64,000 nucleotides of DNA, taken from contig NC_043005.1 of NCBI RefSeq assembly GCF_006345805.1, forward strand, positions 11,284,001 through 11,348,000. The letters are read 5' to 3'. The notes under the pieces were generated by a model. It was not told where the DNA came from. It worked only from the letters and a program-made list of their open reading frames with translations, and ran no database searches. How positions within the stretch are numbered: the stretch's first letter is position 1; every line of letters starts with the position of its first letter. The DNA is from Octopus sinensis (taxonomy: Eukaryota). Of the stretch, positions 12,931 through 26,627 are shown piece after piece. Position numbers and translations under genes: made by a program.

Positions 12931-13145
12931 ATGTATGTATGTATGTATGTATGTATGTATGTATGTATGTATGTATGTATGTATGTATGTATGTATGTAT
13001 GTACCTATGTATGTATGTACCTATGTATGTAGTGCAGATTTGTATGTTTTATGTATGTATTCTCATGCATATAGTTACATATCTAGACAAGTTCATATAT
13101 ATTCAAATGGTAAACTTTTGGAAAGTTTTACAGAGTTTTACAGTT

Positions 13146-13266
13146 CCAGTGATGGATTGAATCTGTAGTTTCGAATTAGCTTTCTTGTTTCTGGTTTTGA
13201 GAAGCCTAATTTCTCAAGATTGGTATTTAGGAAGTGTGCTACATATCTCAGGGCCCGAATAATTAC
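13146..13266 (+). mobile_element. Second copy of the ~120-bp CAGTGATGG repeat
   Basis: Matches 9107-9226. Confidence 0.65.
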
Positions 13267-13388
13267 AGGTATAAACCTGAACTTGTAATCTAGAATGAGT
13301 AACTACAGCTTTCTCAATAGATCGGCATAGGTGTTCTCTTTTCACTGATTTTCAGCTTTATGTATGTATGTATGTATATATATATACA

Positions 13389-13830
13389 TACTCTTTTTCT
13401 CTTTTACTTATTTCAGTCATGTGACTGTGGCCATGCTGGAGCACCACCTTTAGTCGAGCAAATCGACCCCAGGACTTATTCTTTGTAAACCTGTTATTCT
13501 ATCGTTCTTATTCTATTATTCTGTACTTATTCTATCGGTCCCTATAGCGGAACCGATAAGTTACGGGGACGTAAACACACCAGCATCGGTTGTCAAGCGA
13601 TGTTGGGGGGGGTGTGGCAAACAAAGACACACAAACATATACACACTCATTCATATATATATAAACATATATACGACGGGCTTCTTTCACTTTCTGCCTA
13701 CCAAATCCACTCACAAGGCTTTGGTCGGTCATAGTAGAAGACACTTGCCCAAAGTGCCACGCAGTGGGACTGAACCCGGAACCATGTGGTTTGTAAGCGA
13801 CCTACTTACCACTCAGCCACTCCTACGCCT
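13389..13830 (-). mobile_element. SINE family A
   Basis: Same motifs as 3462-3840. Confidence 0.92.
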
Positions 13831-14367
13831 GTATGTATGTATGTATGTATGTATCTACCTATATATCTACACACACGCGCACACACATATAAGGAATGGA
13901 AGGGGTTGTCGATTACTACAGTTGTTAGGAAACTGCATCGGATGCATGTTGCGTAACATTATGAATGCTGCATAGCTGTACGGTATGCTTTTCATAAAGT
14001 ACAGCTATGAGACATGAATAATGTTACGCAAAATGCGCCCGGTGTATTTTTGAAACAATTGTAGTACTTCACTACCCTTCCCATTCCTTTTATTTAAAGA
14101 TTTGACTATTACATTATCAGCAACTTTTATTGCTTTCGAAATGGATTTTTTTTAGCACCTGTCATCTTATGGGAAATTTCTGTCTAAGCTCGATATGGAA
14201 GGAACTGTTTTTGATTTCTGATGCATTCATTAATAAATTTTATCGATCAATTATCGAGTCATTTGTATTTTCTGTACAAAATTTGTTTTTATTAGAGACA
14301 GACAAACTGCGTTGATCACGATCACTTAACTGATCCGACACTATTATTATTACTATCGTTATTATTA

Positions 14368-14578
14368 AGGCAGCGTGCTGGTAGAATCGTTAACACGCCG
14401 GGCGAAATGCTTAATCGTATTTCGCCTGTCTTTACGTTCTGAGTTCAAATTCCGCCGAGGTCGACCTTGCCTTTCATTCTTTCGGGATTGATAAATTAAG
14501 TACCAGTTGCGTTCTGGGGTCGATCTAATCGACTGCCCCTCACACCAAATTTCGGTTCTTGTGCCCAGAGTAGAAAAA
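14368..14578 (+). mobile_element. SINE family E
   Basis: GGCAGCGTGCTGGTAGAATCGTTAAC..GAGTTCAAATTCCGCCGAGGTCGAC; (ATT)n tail. Confidence 0.9.
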
Positions 14579-14581
14579 TTA

Positions 14582-14617
<36 letters not shown>

Positions 14618-14618
<1 letters not shown>

Positions 14619-15170
14619 GAGAGAGCAGTGCATGCCATCAAAGTGAAAATGGGGTAAAATATACGAAGCCCAGTATACCCATCATGACTACCTGTCTGAT
14701 AAGAGTACACCAGGCTCATGCATCACAACCATATGTGCGCGACATGGTGATCTCATATCAAGATAAACAGCACACGACCTTGCAGGTGGGGCCCAGTTAG
14801 AATTTTCTTCTGGTCGAGTATCCCATCCCGCTCAAATGGACTCTGAATAAGGATTGTTTAAGGACGTTGAACAAACCACCCATGTTTCCAAATGTGAATT
14901 ATCCAATCCTCCAAGAATCCCTCTCAACTCATGGATATGATGCTCCCCCAATACTTCTGCTCGTGATCAGAGATGCTCATATCGTCAGCCACTAAGGGAC
15001 ATGCTCAACTGGTTAAGGTCAAACAACTGACAAGCAAATCTGTGATATTGTGCAGAATATTTACTGTAGCCCATCTTTTATACCAAGACAAAACAAAGTA
15101 CATGATAAAACTTCCAATCAGTTAAGATCAGAAGCCATAAGAGCCACTACCTGGTACTGCATCAGGGCAT
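14618..15170 (-). mobile_element. Family H element, longest copy, between (TTA)n and (CTA)n
   Basis: Reverse complement of 7519-8008 with extra internal sequence. Confidence 0.85.
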
Positions 15171-15171
15171 T

Positions 15172-15277
<106 letters not shown>

Positions 15278-15283
15278 TTTGAA

Positions 15284-15497
15284 AGGCGGCGAGCTGGCAG
15301 AATCGTTAGCGCGCTGGATGAAATGCTCAGTGATATTTCGCCCGTCGATACGTTCTAACTTCAAATTCTGCCGCGGTCGAATTTGCCTTTCATCATTTCG
15401 GGGTCAATAAAATAAGTACCAGCTGGAGACTGGGGTCGATTTAATCGACTCATTCCTCTACCCCAAAATTTCTGCCATTGTGGCAAAATTTGCACCC
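15284..15497 (+). mobile_element. SINE family E
   Basis: GGCGGCGAGCTGGCAGAATCGTTAGC head, (ATT)n tail. Confidence 0.88.
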
Positions 15498-15512
15498 ATT
15501 ATTATTATTATT

Positions 15513-15805
15513 TTAACTCAGGTTTTGTTGGAACTCCTGGAGCCTTGCATGAATAGCGGGCCTTCTACCTGCCCTCTACGGTAACACGCTCATTGTTCTT
15601 TTCAACTATCTAATACTTTCCTGATGATTCTGTCTGTGTCACGAAGAAGGACCCTTTGCCACAGCTCTACAAGTTATGAAATCCCCAGTTCCTTTATATT
15701 GTTTTCATTACCTTCTGATATTACCCCCAATCTTCCAATAATAATTGGTACTGTCTTTGGATTCTTCATTTCTCACATTCGAGCTATTCTGTATTTAAGA
15801 AGGAT
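15513..15805 (-). pseudogene. R4/Dong-type LINE extreme 3' end with UTR ending in (TAA)n
   Basis: Minus-strand LKYRIARM*EMKNPKTVPIIIGRLG...IKELGIS*LVELWQRVLLRDTDRIIRKVLDS*. Confidence 0.8.
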
Positions 15806-16054
15806 TGTATACATCTATTTTTTGCCTTCCTTTGTGGATCGAATGGGTTCGCAACATCTATCACACTGGGTAACAAAATTCTACATTTTTTTTCTCTTTG
15901 GTCAGTAAGTGTTGTTATTTCCTAACTGCTTCTACACAGAAATGAAAAGAAATAGTAACTACTAATACCTTCAAACTTTGCTTTTGTGACCTGGACATCA
16001 ATGTTTTGAAATTGCCCTATTTTCCATCACATTTCAGGCAGAATCAGTCCTGAG

Positions 16055-16250
16055 CTGATGCAGCACAAATATCGTTATAGCAAATATTCTGCTCAGTACC
16101 ACAGATTTGTTTGTCAATTGCTTGATCTTAACCAGCCACTTGAGCATGTTCCTTAGTAGGCCCAAAAAAATATAACGTCTCCGATCATGAGCAGGAGTTG
16201 TGAGAGAGAATCATAGCCATGTGTTGAGAGGGATTCTTTGGGGTTTTCAA
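16055..16250 (+). mobile_element. Family H fragment
   Basis: AGCAAATATTCTGCTCAGTACCACAGATTTG...TTGAGCATGTTCCTTAGT matches ~7605-7680. Confidence 0.75.
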
Positions 16251-16281
16251 TAAATGTAACAAACGGAAAGTATGAAGGAAA

Positions 16282-16499
16282 TACTCTTTACTCTTTACTC
16301 TTTTACTCTTTTACTTGTTTCAGTCATTTGACTGCGGCCATGCTGGAGCACCGCCTTTACTCGAGCAACTCGACCCCGAGACTTATTCTTTGTAAGCCCA
16401 GTACTTATTATATCGGTCTCTTTTGCCGAACCGCTAAGTGACGGGGACGTAAACACACACCAGCATCGGTTGTCAAGCAATGCTAGGGGGACAAACACA

Positions 16500-16577
<78 letters not shown>

Positions 16578-16742
16578 CGACAGGTTTCTTTCAGTTTCCG
16601 TCTACCAAATCCACTAACAAGGCATTGGCCGGCCCGGGGTTATAGCAGAAGACACTTGCCCAAGATGTCACGCAGAGGGATTGAACCCAGAACCATGTGG
16701 TTGGTTAGCAAGCTACTTACCACACAGCCACTCCTGCGCCTA
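16282..16742 (-). mobile_element. SINE family A, full length
   Basis: Head to (AAAGAGT)n tail intact. Confidence 0.93.
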
Positions 16743-16979
16743 TGGCCATTTTTCATACTTTTTTAGGTCAAGCAGATTGAAAACAAACAAGTTTGCTATC
16801 CAAGAATAAAAATGGTATTACGCAGTGTTATAGTAAACGTGTAATTTCCTTGTCCGCTACCATTAGATCCGGCTAGTTGTGTTCAAGCATCTGGTCCATT
16901 TGGATTCGGAAATGCCACAGGATTTTGTAAATCTTCGACTCAGCCATTCTGCATGGTTTCTGTTCGTTGCCACGTCTTG

Positions 16980-17540
<561 letters not shown>

Positions 17541-18194
17541 TAAACTTGTACACACAACGTAAATCAATGTAGTGTTCCTCATTAATAATTAATGATAAAA
17601 CACTGAAACCACTTCAAGTTGTTCTCTGCTCTGCTAAAACCAGCTATGATTCTGCACACATCTGTTTTTACACTTGCCAGGTTTTGAACGAATAGTTTAC
17701 TATCGTTTTCACTTAAAATATTCTTCTCGCAACTATCAGGATTTTCCAAGTGAATATAAATCAACATAACGATTTGTGCTAACTAAATTACATGCTATGT
17801 ATTGGTGTAAGCTTCCACCATGGTCACCGCCAAATCTTGTATTCTGCATCGACAAAATATATCGTGAAACATCCTCGTCTATGTACGTATATTTACATGC
17901 ATGCTTGCATGCGTACATACATGCGAAGAACGTGCATACGTGTATCAAAGTGAGATGCATTCTCACTATATGAGTGCAAGTTTATCCACAAACCCATATG
18001 CATAGAAACACACAGCAGCACACTCACATGTCCGTAAACTTTAAAAGCTATTTTTGTTTAAAGAATGGAGCTTTGCGACCGTTTGAATTCTGCAAAGGAA
18101 AAAACAGGAAAAAAATAAAATAATGATCATTCGATATAACAGAGACATACTTGCGTGTATGCATGGATACATACATAAAAATACAGACATACAT

Positions 18195-18607
18195 ACCAAC
18201 ACCACCGTTGTCGTCATTTTCGTCGTCGTCATCATCATTATCATCATCATCCTCATCACCAACACCAAAACCACCACCGCCGCCGCCGCCACCATACCAC
18301 CACCACCACCACCAACACCACCACCACACCACCATCACCACCACCATCATCATCATCATCCTCACCACCACCACCACCACCTCCATCATCATCATCATCA
18401 TCATGATCATCATCACCATCATGATCATCATGATCATCATCATGATCATGATCATCATCCTCATCACAACCACCGCCACCACCACCACCACCACCACCAC
18501 CACTACCATCATCCTCATGATCATCATCACGACGACGACGTTCACCCCCACCCCCCAACGCCGCCGCCGCCGTCTCACCCCATCATCATCATCATCATCA
18601 TCATCAT
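18195..18607. repeat. (CAC/CAT)n low-complexity tract
   Basis: Read directly. Confidence 0.95.
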
Positions 18608-19820
18608 TTTACGCCACCTATTCCATGATGGCCTTGGTTGGACAAATCATCTCAGACCGAATAAGTTTTTTGAAGTTACCATTCTACTTGGTCGATGGAA
18701 AATGATTTCTTGCACGTATGCTCCTTTTTGTCGGGTACTTCGCTTTTGGGGTGTATTACATATAATCTATCATGTTATCCGAATCAGAAATGTTCTCGTG
18801 TCTTCAGCAAGACTAAAAGCTACTGTCTGCTATTGCATATTCCATTCACTCGCCAATAATCTTATAGGGTGTACTGGATGTATTTTATTGTGACACTAGA
18901 AATAGAAAGTAAAGGGCTTTCTCTTTCTTGTGTTGTGGCCAACCTACCGTTGACTAGTACCAGAGAGTGTAGTTCCCAGGATATAGAAGAGAGACAGACA
19001 AATAAATATAGAGAGGATGAAAGGGAAATAGAGTGAAAGGATAACGGAAGAGGGAGTGAAGTGAGAGAACTTGGAGAGTAAAGCCTACGAACGGGAAAGA
19101 GAAAGAATGAGATAAAGAGATAGGCGAAAAGGAAGAGTGGGAGTGAGATAGAGAGAGATCGACAGGTATATGCTGATTGTTTGTAGATTGAATAGATAAG
19201 GCATGTGTACCAAAATGGGGTTAGGGCTATTGATAAGAGACACTGATAGAAGCGAGGCAGGGTGCGAGTGGAGAGTGTAATGGAAGAGCGAGAGACAGAG
19301 AGGGAGAAAGATATGTAGATATGAATGATGAATATAGAAATTAATAATTGCATTTTTAATACATTCACTGCGCTCATACTTTTCTCTTTCTCACCCCCCT
19401 CTCTCTCGCACATACATTCACATACACGGACTCACATACAAAATAGCAAAAACAATAAAGATTGCAAGCAAGATTTTTACGTTCACTAAAGGTAAGGATA
19501 TACATAGACTAAGTGTGGATATTATAACGGTATCTCGTGTATATCGCACTGAAGTATTATTTTGGCTTAGAAAACGTATCATCCTCTTTGTGAAGTAATT
19601 TTTCTGTGCTATATATACATACATGAATAAACTGTTTTTAACATTTTCTTATTATTATCAAAGAATGTATATATGTATTTTAATACTTTTGTGACAACCA
19701 GTACCTAACACAACAAAGCTTTTACAAAGCTTTTACATTTTACTTTCGACAATCTTTTTCTAAAAAAGTGAAACAGATCAAGTGAATAAACATCTCTTAA
19801 AATTGCATTTTCAAACCTTC

Positions 19821-19867
<47 letters not shown>

Positions 19868-20038
19868 CAAAGTGAGATAGGGGTTGTAAGTGTAACCCAC
19901 TATGGGATAACATTTATCCAATATACTGCTAGTAAAGTACCCAGAAATGCTAATACATAAATGCTAAGAATTGCAATGCAATTAATTCATTTATTGTATT
20001 ATATGAGCGAAGGTAAAATGTTTTACCTCAAATTCATA

Positions 20039-20656
20039 ATACAAAATAAGAAAATGGAGGAATAGATTTTAATCAATCATCAACTACTAGATAATACCAA
20101 TTCATATAATTTATTAACTAATTATATAGAAACATCCAGATCAAACAGAATAATACAGAATAAAACAGTACACATCAATGAGTAATATAATACCATAAGA
20201 ACAATACATATATATAAATATAAATATAAAATGGATCTTACAGCTGTTTCAGCCATGTAGATAAGAGTATCTCATTATGCTCATATTAGTCAAATGAGTT
20301 ATTTATATATATATATATATCCCAAGGCCTCTTCAGAGATTATAAAGTACAATTACAGAGGTATAAAATGAAGATGTAAAGTGCAAATATGAATATTAGA
20401 GAAGGTACACATATATGAGCATAATGAGATACTCTTATCTACATGGCTGAAACAGCTGTAAGATCCATTTTATATTTATATTTATATGTATTGTCCTTAT
20501 GGTATTATATTACTCATTGATGTGTACTGTTTTATTCTGTATTATTCTGTTTGATCTGGATGTTCCTATATAATTAGTTAATAAATTATATGAATTGGTA
20601 TTATCTAGTAGTTGATGATTGATTAACATCTATTCCTCCATTTTCTTATTTTGTAT
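20039..20656. mobile_element. Long inverted repeat (arms 20039-20286 and 20413-20656), Penelope pLTR-like
   Basis: Arms are reverse complements with only a few differences; contains a hammerhead motif. Confidence 0.85.
20235..20340 (-). ncRNA. Type I minimal hammerhead ribozyme with a long stem II insertion
   Basis: Minus strand: ATCT-CTGAAGA-GGCC-(~70 nt)-GGCT-GAAA-CAGCTG-TA-AGAT; intact core, palindromic stem III, GUA cleavage triplet. Confidence 0.75.
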
Positions 20657-20659
20657 ATA

Positions 20660-20812
20660 ATACAAAAATGGGACAAGAACGCAAAATATCCAGACAGATA
20701 CAGGTGATACAAAAAAGATAACAAAGCATCCAAATAGACGATACAAAGAAAACAAGGACGGGTCATTCGGAGTTTTCTATCCTCAGTCGAGTTTCAGATT
20801 ATCCTTGTAATC
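20660..20812 (-). mobile_element. Repeat family P fragment (also at ~35040-35155)
   Basis: TACAAAAATGGGACAAGAA..CATCCAGACAGA...GGGTCATTC.GAGTTTTCTATC..CA.TCGAGTTTCAGATTATC shared. Confidence 0.75.
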
Positions 20813-21135
20813 TTGATATATATTCTGTATTTGTGAATTAAAGTTTCCATTGGTTTCATGTTAAAAAGAGTAAGAAAATATCCAAGTTTATTAACAATTT
20901 ATTTCAAGCCGATCCATGGAGAAAGGTGTTCGCTTCCATGCATATATGTAGTTGCCATAAACGGCCACCAAAGGCTATCAAAGGCCACCAAAGGTTGTTC
21001 ACTGACGAGATCAGGAAAGCCGTAAACCCTAATAAAAATTATCACCAAATGCGAACATAAACAATACTGAAATCTTGACAGTTATGGAGCAGGTAGACGT
21101 ACGTTATAGTTGTGAGTTTGAAATCGTTAATGAAA

Positions 21136-21415
21136 TCTTTATATATAAAAGTAAGGTTGTGTGTCTGTCTCCTACGATTTAGATAATTTTGCGGTGCAGT
21201 TTAACCAAAACCGGGTATCTTATAGTCGTGATTCATATCGAGCCCTTCTGGGTATTAGCACGCGTCTACGATGAGTCTACGATTAAAAAAAAAATTTACC
21301 ATCATTTTTTCCCATTTTAATGCATTTTTTTGCTATTTTTTGGCTATAACGCTCTAAAAATGCTTATATAGTTATTTCCCTTACAAACTGGAGCAACGCC
21401 GGGCGATACTGCTAG
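21136..21415 (+). mobile_element. Helitron family F, internally deleted copy
   Basis: A|TC...hairpin...CTAG|T termini. Confidence 0.9.
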
Positions 21416-22184
21416 TGAAATATATTATTATTTCTTAACACAAGCAAGAGCCCAATACGGTAGAACGTGTGCCGTTAAATATTCCTGTGTTACATATATG
21501 ATGTGGCTCCCAAGGTCATCTGATGAGTAAAGTTGCACCTCCTTCCTTGTATGTCATACCTACGTGCTAGGAGTAGGAGTTGCCTTCATTAACTTTAGCA
21601 AAAGCAACGGATGAGTTCTCAGAATTATATTCAAGACAAATTATACTTTATACTGCGTGCCAACGAAGTTTGCTTATCACCATTCAAAAGATTTGAAATA
21701 ACATGAGATGCATATTTTTCGTTTTTTTTTTAAAAATAAAATGGATATAGAAGCGAGTCGTAGGTCTTCACAGCAGAACAACAGAGATAAACCTTTCTTC
21801 TATCACCTACTATTACAGTTCACTAACTGTTATAGCTTCATATAGTTTTAGAACTGTCAATATGTATGCAAAATAATCAGTAATTGCGTTAGTGGAACAT
21901 GCTTTAACAGCAGCAACGACTAAACAGAAAATGTGCTGCTAGGCAACCATCATTCAAGCATGGATGTCACCACATTCCAGTGAAAGACTGAAAATATCGA
22001 AATGTCCGATTACCTTGCAGACTTTCTGTTCAATCAATAAAGCAGTGAAGCACTGTCACTAAACCAAGCTACTGGAATATTCTAACTGCCTCCGCTGAAT
22101 AAGGATGCGGAATACGTACAATTATCTGTGTATGTGTGTGTATAGCTTTGTTCGGATATGCATGTGAGGACATGTATGCATCTA

Positions 22185-22400
22185 AGTATGTATGTATGTA
22201 TGTATGTATGTATGTATGTATGTATGTATGTATGTATGTATGTATTTGTGCATGTATGTATGTATATATGTATATGCATGTATGTATGTATGTATGTATG
22301 TATGTATGTATGTATGTATGTATGTATGTATGTATGTATGTATGTATTTATGTATGTATGTATGTCGTATGTATATATATATGTATACGTATTTATATAT

Positions 22401-22479
<79 letters not shown>

Positions 22480-22556
22480 CAGGCACATATATACATGTAT
22501 GTCTATATACATATATATATATATAAAAATATATACATGTATGTATATATACATAC

Positions 22557-22590
<34 letters not shown>

Positions 22591-22640
22591 ATGTGTGTGT
22601 GTATGTATGTGTGTGTGTGTGTCTGTGTCTGTGTCTGTAG
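22185..22640. repeat. (TATG)n/(TA)n/(TG)n compound microsatellite
   Basis: Read directly. Confidence 0.95.
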
Positions 22641-23084
22641 ATGCACATGCGAAGACGTATGCATATGTGTATTTCTGATCATGTTCGATCAGTAACCAGG
22701 TCGTTGCGAAACTGACTGTGATTCTGAGAGCAGACTAGATTTTTAGCTTGGCAAACATAAAAAAATGTTTATTAATGTTACTGCGATAGTTCTGAATCTT
22801 CAGAATCGACTCTGCATAGCCGGTAGTACGATCACTCCTGCCGCACACGTGTACATATACGCATACATATTATATCTATATGTACATAGATTTATAATAC
22901 TTACATAGATACACAAACACACACACACACACATATGTATATATCCGACAATGGCAAAACGATTTAGACATGCAATTTGTGTCAAGATGGAAAATAATGG
23001 TGCAATCAAGTCAGAATTAGAAGCGCATTGTGACCAGCGGTGTATAGCAATATCTGATGGTCTGGTCGATAGTGTGATACTGTA

Positions 23085-23092
23085 TATCTATC

Positions 23093-23173
<81 letters not shown>

Positions 23174-23174
23174 G

Positions 23175-23238
<64 letters not shown>
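23085..23238. repeat. (TCTA)n microsatellite
   Basis: Read directly. Confidence 0.95.
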
Positions 23239-23250
23239 AATAAATATATC

Positions 23251-23640
23251 CGCAGGCGTGACTGTGTGGTAAGAAGCTTGCCTTCCCAACTACATAATTC
23301 CGGGTTCAGTCTCACTACGTGTCACATTGGGCATGTGTCTTCTACTATAGCCCCAGGCCGACCAAAGCCTTGTGAGAAACCCATCGTACTTATATAAAAC
23401 CTATCGTACATATATATATGCGTATATTTATGTGTGTGTGCGTCTTTGTTTTCCTACCACCATTGCTTGACAACCGATGTTGGTATGTTTACGTTCCCGT
23501 AACATAGCAGTTCGGCCTAAGAGACCGCTAGAATAAGTGCTAGGCTTACAAAGGCTTGATCTCTTCGACTAAATCCCTTCAAAACGGTGCTCCAGCATGG
23601 CCATAGTCAAATGACTGAAACGAGTAAAAGAATAAAAAAT
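23251..23640 (+). mobile_element. SINE family A, diverged copy
   Basis: CGCAGGCGTGACTGTGTGGTAAG head, GGTTCAGTCTC B box, GTGCTCCAGCATGGCC...GACTGAAAC tail. Confidence 0.85.
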
Positions 23641-23695
<55 letters not shown>

Positions 23696-23770
23696 CATAT
23701 ATAAAAAATAAAAAAAATGCGCAACTCCATTGTCTCCCGAGACAGAAAGGATGCCAAACAATATATATAT

Positions 23771-24050
23771 AGCAATAATGACTCTCTGAGCGAGAATTAA
23801 ACAGTAGCAGCACGGAATCGTGAAGTATATTTGCCACCTACTTGTGGCGGACCCAGAGGGGACGATGCTACTGTGGTTTATAGCCCCAGGGAGGCATCTC
23901 CTCCAACTGGCTAATGACACACTGTCTGTGTCTGATTAGTATTTGCGAAGGGAAATCATCGTTCCAATCTCTAGCCTTACGTGATACAGACAGACCCGGG
24001 TTTCTGGGTAGTTGCCCATCATCAGTGTGTGATAATCACCATCTGGCTAT
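23771..24050 (+). mobile_element. Short GC-richer element ending in (ATT)n
   Basis: Bounded by (TA)n and (ATT)n; carries an HDV-like fold. Confidence 0.5.
23810..23920 (+). ncRNA. Candidate HDV-like ribozyme (diverged)
   Basis: GCACGG(P1)..GCCACCT(L3 with CC)..TTGTGGC(P1')-GG-AC-long P4 CCAG.AGGGGA.GATGCT/GGCATC.TCCT..CTGG-CTAA-TGACAC(P2'); P2 and P3 imperfect. Confidence 0.5.
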
Positions 24051-24188
24051 ATTATTATTATCATTATTATTATCATTATTATCATTATTGTTATTGCTGT
24101 TGTTGTTGTTGTTGTTGTTGTTGTTCTTCTTCTTCTTCTTCTTCTCTTCTTCTTCTTCTTCTTCTTCTTCTTATTATTATTATTATTA

Positions 24189-24224
<36 letters not shown>

Positions 24225-25809
24225 CTCCAATCGTGTATGCTCTCGTACGCCCACAAGCACAATTACATACCACTTCTCATATGCATACTTTTGTAGAAGT
24301 AGAAAACGTATGTATAGATTCAAACTGCGTCTTCCATTCTGTTCATACAAATACATGCATAACATTGCAGACACGTTTAAAGAACATACAGAAAAATATC
24401 ATACTCACATATAAACACACACAAACACACACCTTAACATCAATATGTTTACACATACACACACACACACACACGCACACACACGCATAAACTTACATAG
24501 CCACAACAAACTTGCTAAGGTTTTAACGCCATGTTGGATTATTCAATTTGACAGCTACATTAAATTAGTTAACATATGGGAGATTCGTTAGATAACTGAT
24601 AATTTATACTATAATTATACTTTGGGTAAGTTGGCTAGATAATTGATAACATTACACCATAGTTAAGCTGTATATCTTTTTCGTTTTTTGTTTTATTTTG
24701 CATGAATTGTTAATGCTTTCAAAATATGTTAGTTGTTTTTTTTTTTTATCCTCTTCGTAAGTTTCATTTGTTTATTTAATCGTTTCTCATATTTTAACCT
24801 ATATTAATCCTTCGTGTTTACGTCTGTCGAAGAGAATCACTAAACTTGTAGATAATTCCATTATTAAGGATTTCAAATTGCGTATTTGAGTAAGGTGGCG
24901 AACCGAATTCCATCGGTGTTTAGTTACGTGCGTTTATCTTTTGCGATCAAAGCCGGCCACCATCAATTTTGCTCGTTACTTTTATTTATTATTTATTTTA
25001 CAATCTGAGCTAAATTATTGCTTTAAAGCAGTACCCCAGCATGGCAGCGATCCAGTGCCTGAAGCCATTAAGACTATAAATGGATAAGGCTGTGTATACG
25101 TATACGTATGTCTGTCTCTCTGTCTGTATGCCTGTATGTATGTAAGTACGTATGTATGAAGGCAAGTATGAATGTATGAATGCATATGTGTATGAGTAGT
25201 ATGTACATTCATATGCTTAAATATGATGTGGCGATAACAGGAAGTCGATTCAATTGATATCAACATATTGTACAGAGTAGCTTTCACGACTCGCTTTCAT
25301 TTCCTGTGTCTATTACATTTTAGCAATGTAAGAAAGCAATGTATTTATACGTTCTTCAGCCGTGCTAATGTCTTATGTATCCGAGGAGATATACAAATAT
25401 CCAAATATAATCTTGATTTTCACCATCTACTTTGTAATTTTATCTTCCTAAAGTCTCAGCTCATTGATCTTATTTGAGTTATCTACTCTGCTTTTTGTTT
25501 TTAAATTTTTAACATCCACAGAGGAGGAGTTTATCTAGTAACTGCATTGAGAATCTAAGTTTTTCAGCTCTCTGTATTATGTATTCTACTCGAGAAGTAC
25601 AATGGAACCGGCGTTCACTTTATTTACCTTATAGTCGATTGATTATTTCATTCTTTGCTGTTTTCCTTTTCGAAATATTTTCTCGCACCCCTTTGCACTC
25701 AGTTGAAATTTGTCTCGGTTGAATTTGTTTTTCATCCTTGAAGCTTCATTAAAATAAGCATCAGTCAAGTGTTGCTGTTCATACAAATTAATATCGTTTC
25801 TACCTGCAG

Positions 25810-25939
25810 GAAATGGAGCAGTGCTGATGACCTTCACAGGACTTCTGGGACGTGTGGAAGTGAGAGAGGAAGATACTCACAAACCGGAGTCCGGGACCCA
25901 ATGCTTGCATCAATATAAACTCCTCGAAAGGCAACTAAG
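25810..25939 (+). CDS. Candidate internal exon of an unknown host gene
   Basis: TTTCTACCTGCAG| acceptor, AAG|GTATTA donor, raised GC, one open frame (NGAVLMTFTGLLGRVEVREEDTHKPESGTQCLHQYKLLERQL); no homology recognised. Confidence 0.3.
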
Positions 25940-26627
25940 GTATTAGCATGTATATATATAAGTTCTCTTCTGTTTTCCATTATTTAAATTCTTCCTCAAT
26001 TGAAGGAGCTGGTTTCCATCGTTGGACTGTAGATAACAAAAACCATGTTACATTCTAACTTCATAAAAGTCTTGCAGATTTTTACTATTACACTTAGAGA
26101 TTGTAATTGTAATGTGCGAGTTAATTGGTTGATTTCTTTTTCTGAAAAACCCTAGTTTATCTAAATTGTCATTTAGGCATTCACTCACAAATGAAATACA
26201 CAAATTATTAACGATATGAATGTGAATTTATAATCTGAATATAGAAGCAAAATGTTTCGAAGCAGTTGTATTTGCATCGGAAGGACAGTTGACCTCTATG
26301 ACAGTTCATAATTTTTCTTGTCTGTCCCAAGCAAAAATATCCTTCCTTTTATGATTACACTTGACAAATGTATTGATGGAAATATTCCTTGTGTTGATGT
26401 CAGTGCATGTATTCAATAACGAGGATTCTCTAAGTTTATTCCAGGACTCACTTTTTTCCCGGTGGCATTGTATATTGTTTTGGCATACACATTTTGTATG
26501 ATACACTGATGGTGACATACTCAAACACACACATAAACACACACTCACACACACGCACAAGCACACATATTGATACAAATATACATACATAGATAATACA
26601 TACATACATGCATACATACATATATCG

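Noticed and set aside
18048-18893. Long His/Pro/Met-rich ORFs (up to 256 aa)
   Set aside because: They derive from the (CAC/CAT)n tract, which is open in several frames on both strands
20755-20795. Minus-strand CTGAGGA...CCGAATGACCCGTC in family P
   Set aside because: GAAT instead of GAAA, poor stems, and the second copy at ~35100 lacks the core
20995-21030. CTGACGA-GATCAG-GAAA-GCCGTA hammerhead-like string
   Set aside because: No stem II or adjacent stem I; the context looks like a decayed SINE tail
21520-21540. CTGATGAG motif
   Set aside because: No downstream stem II-GAAA
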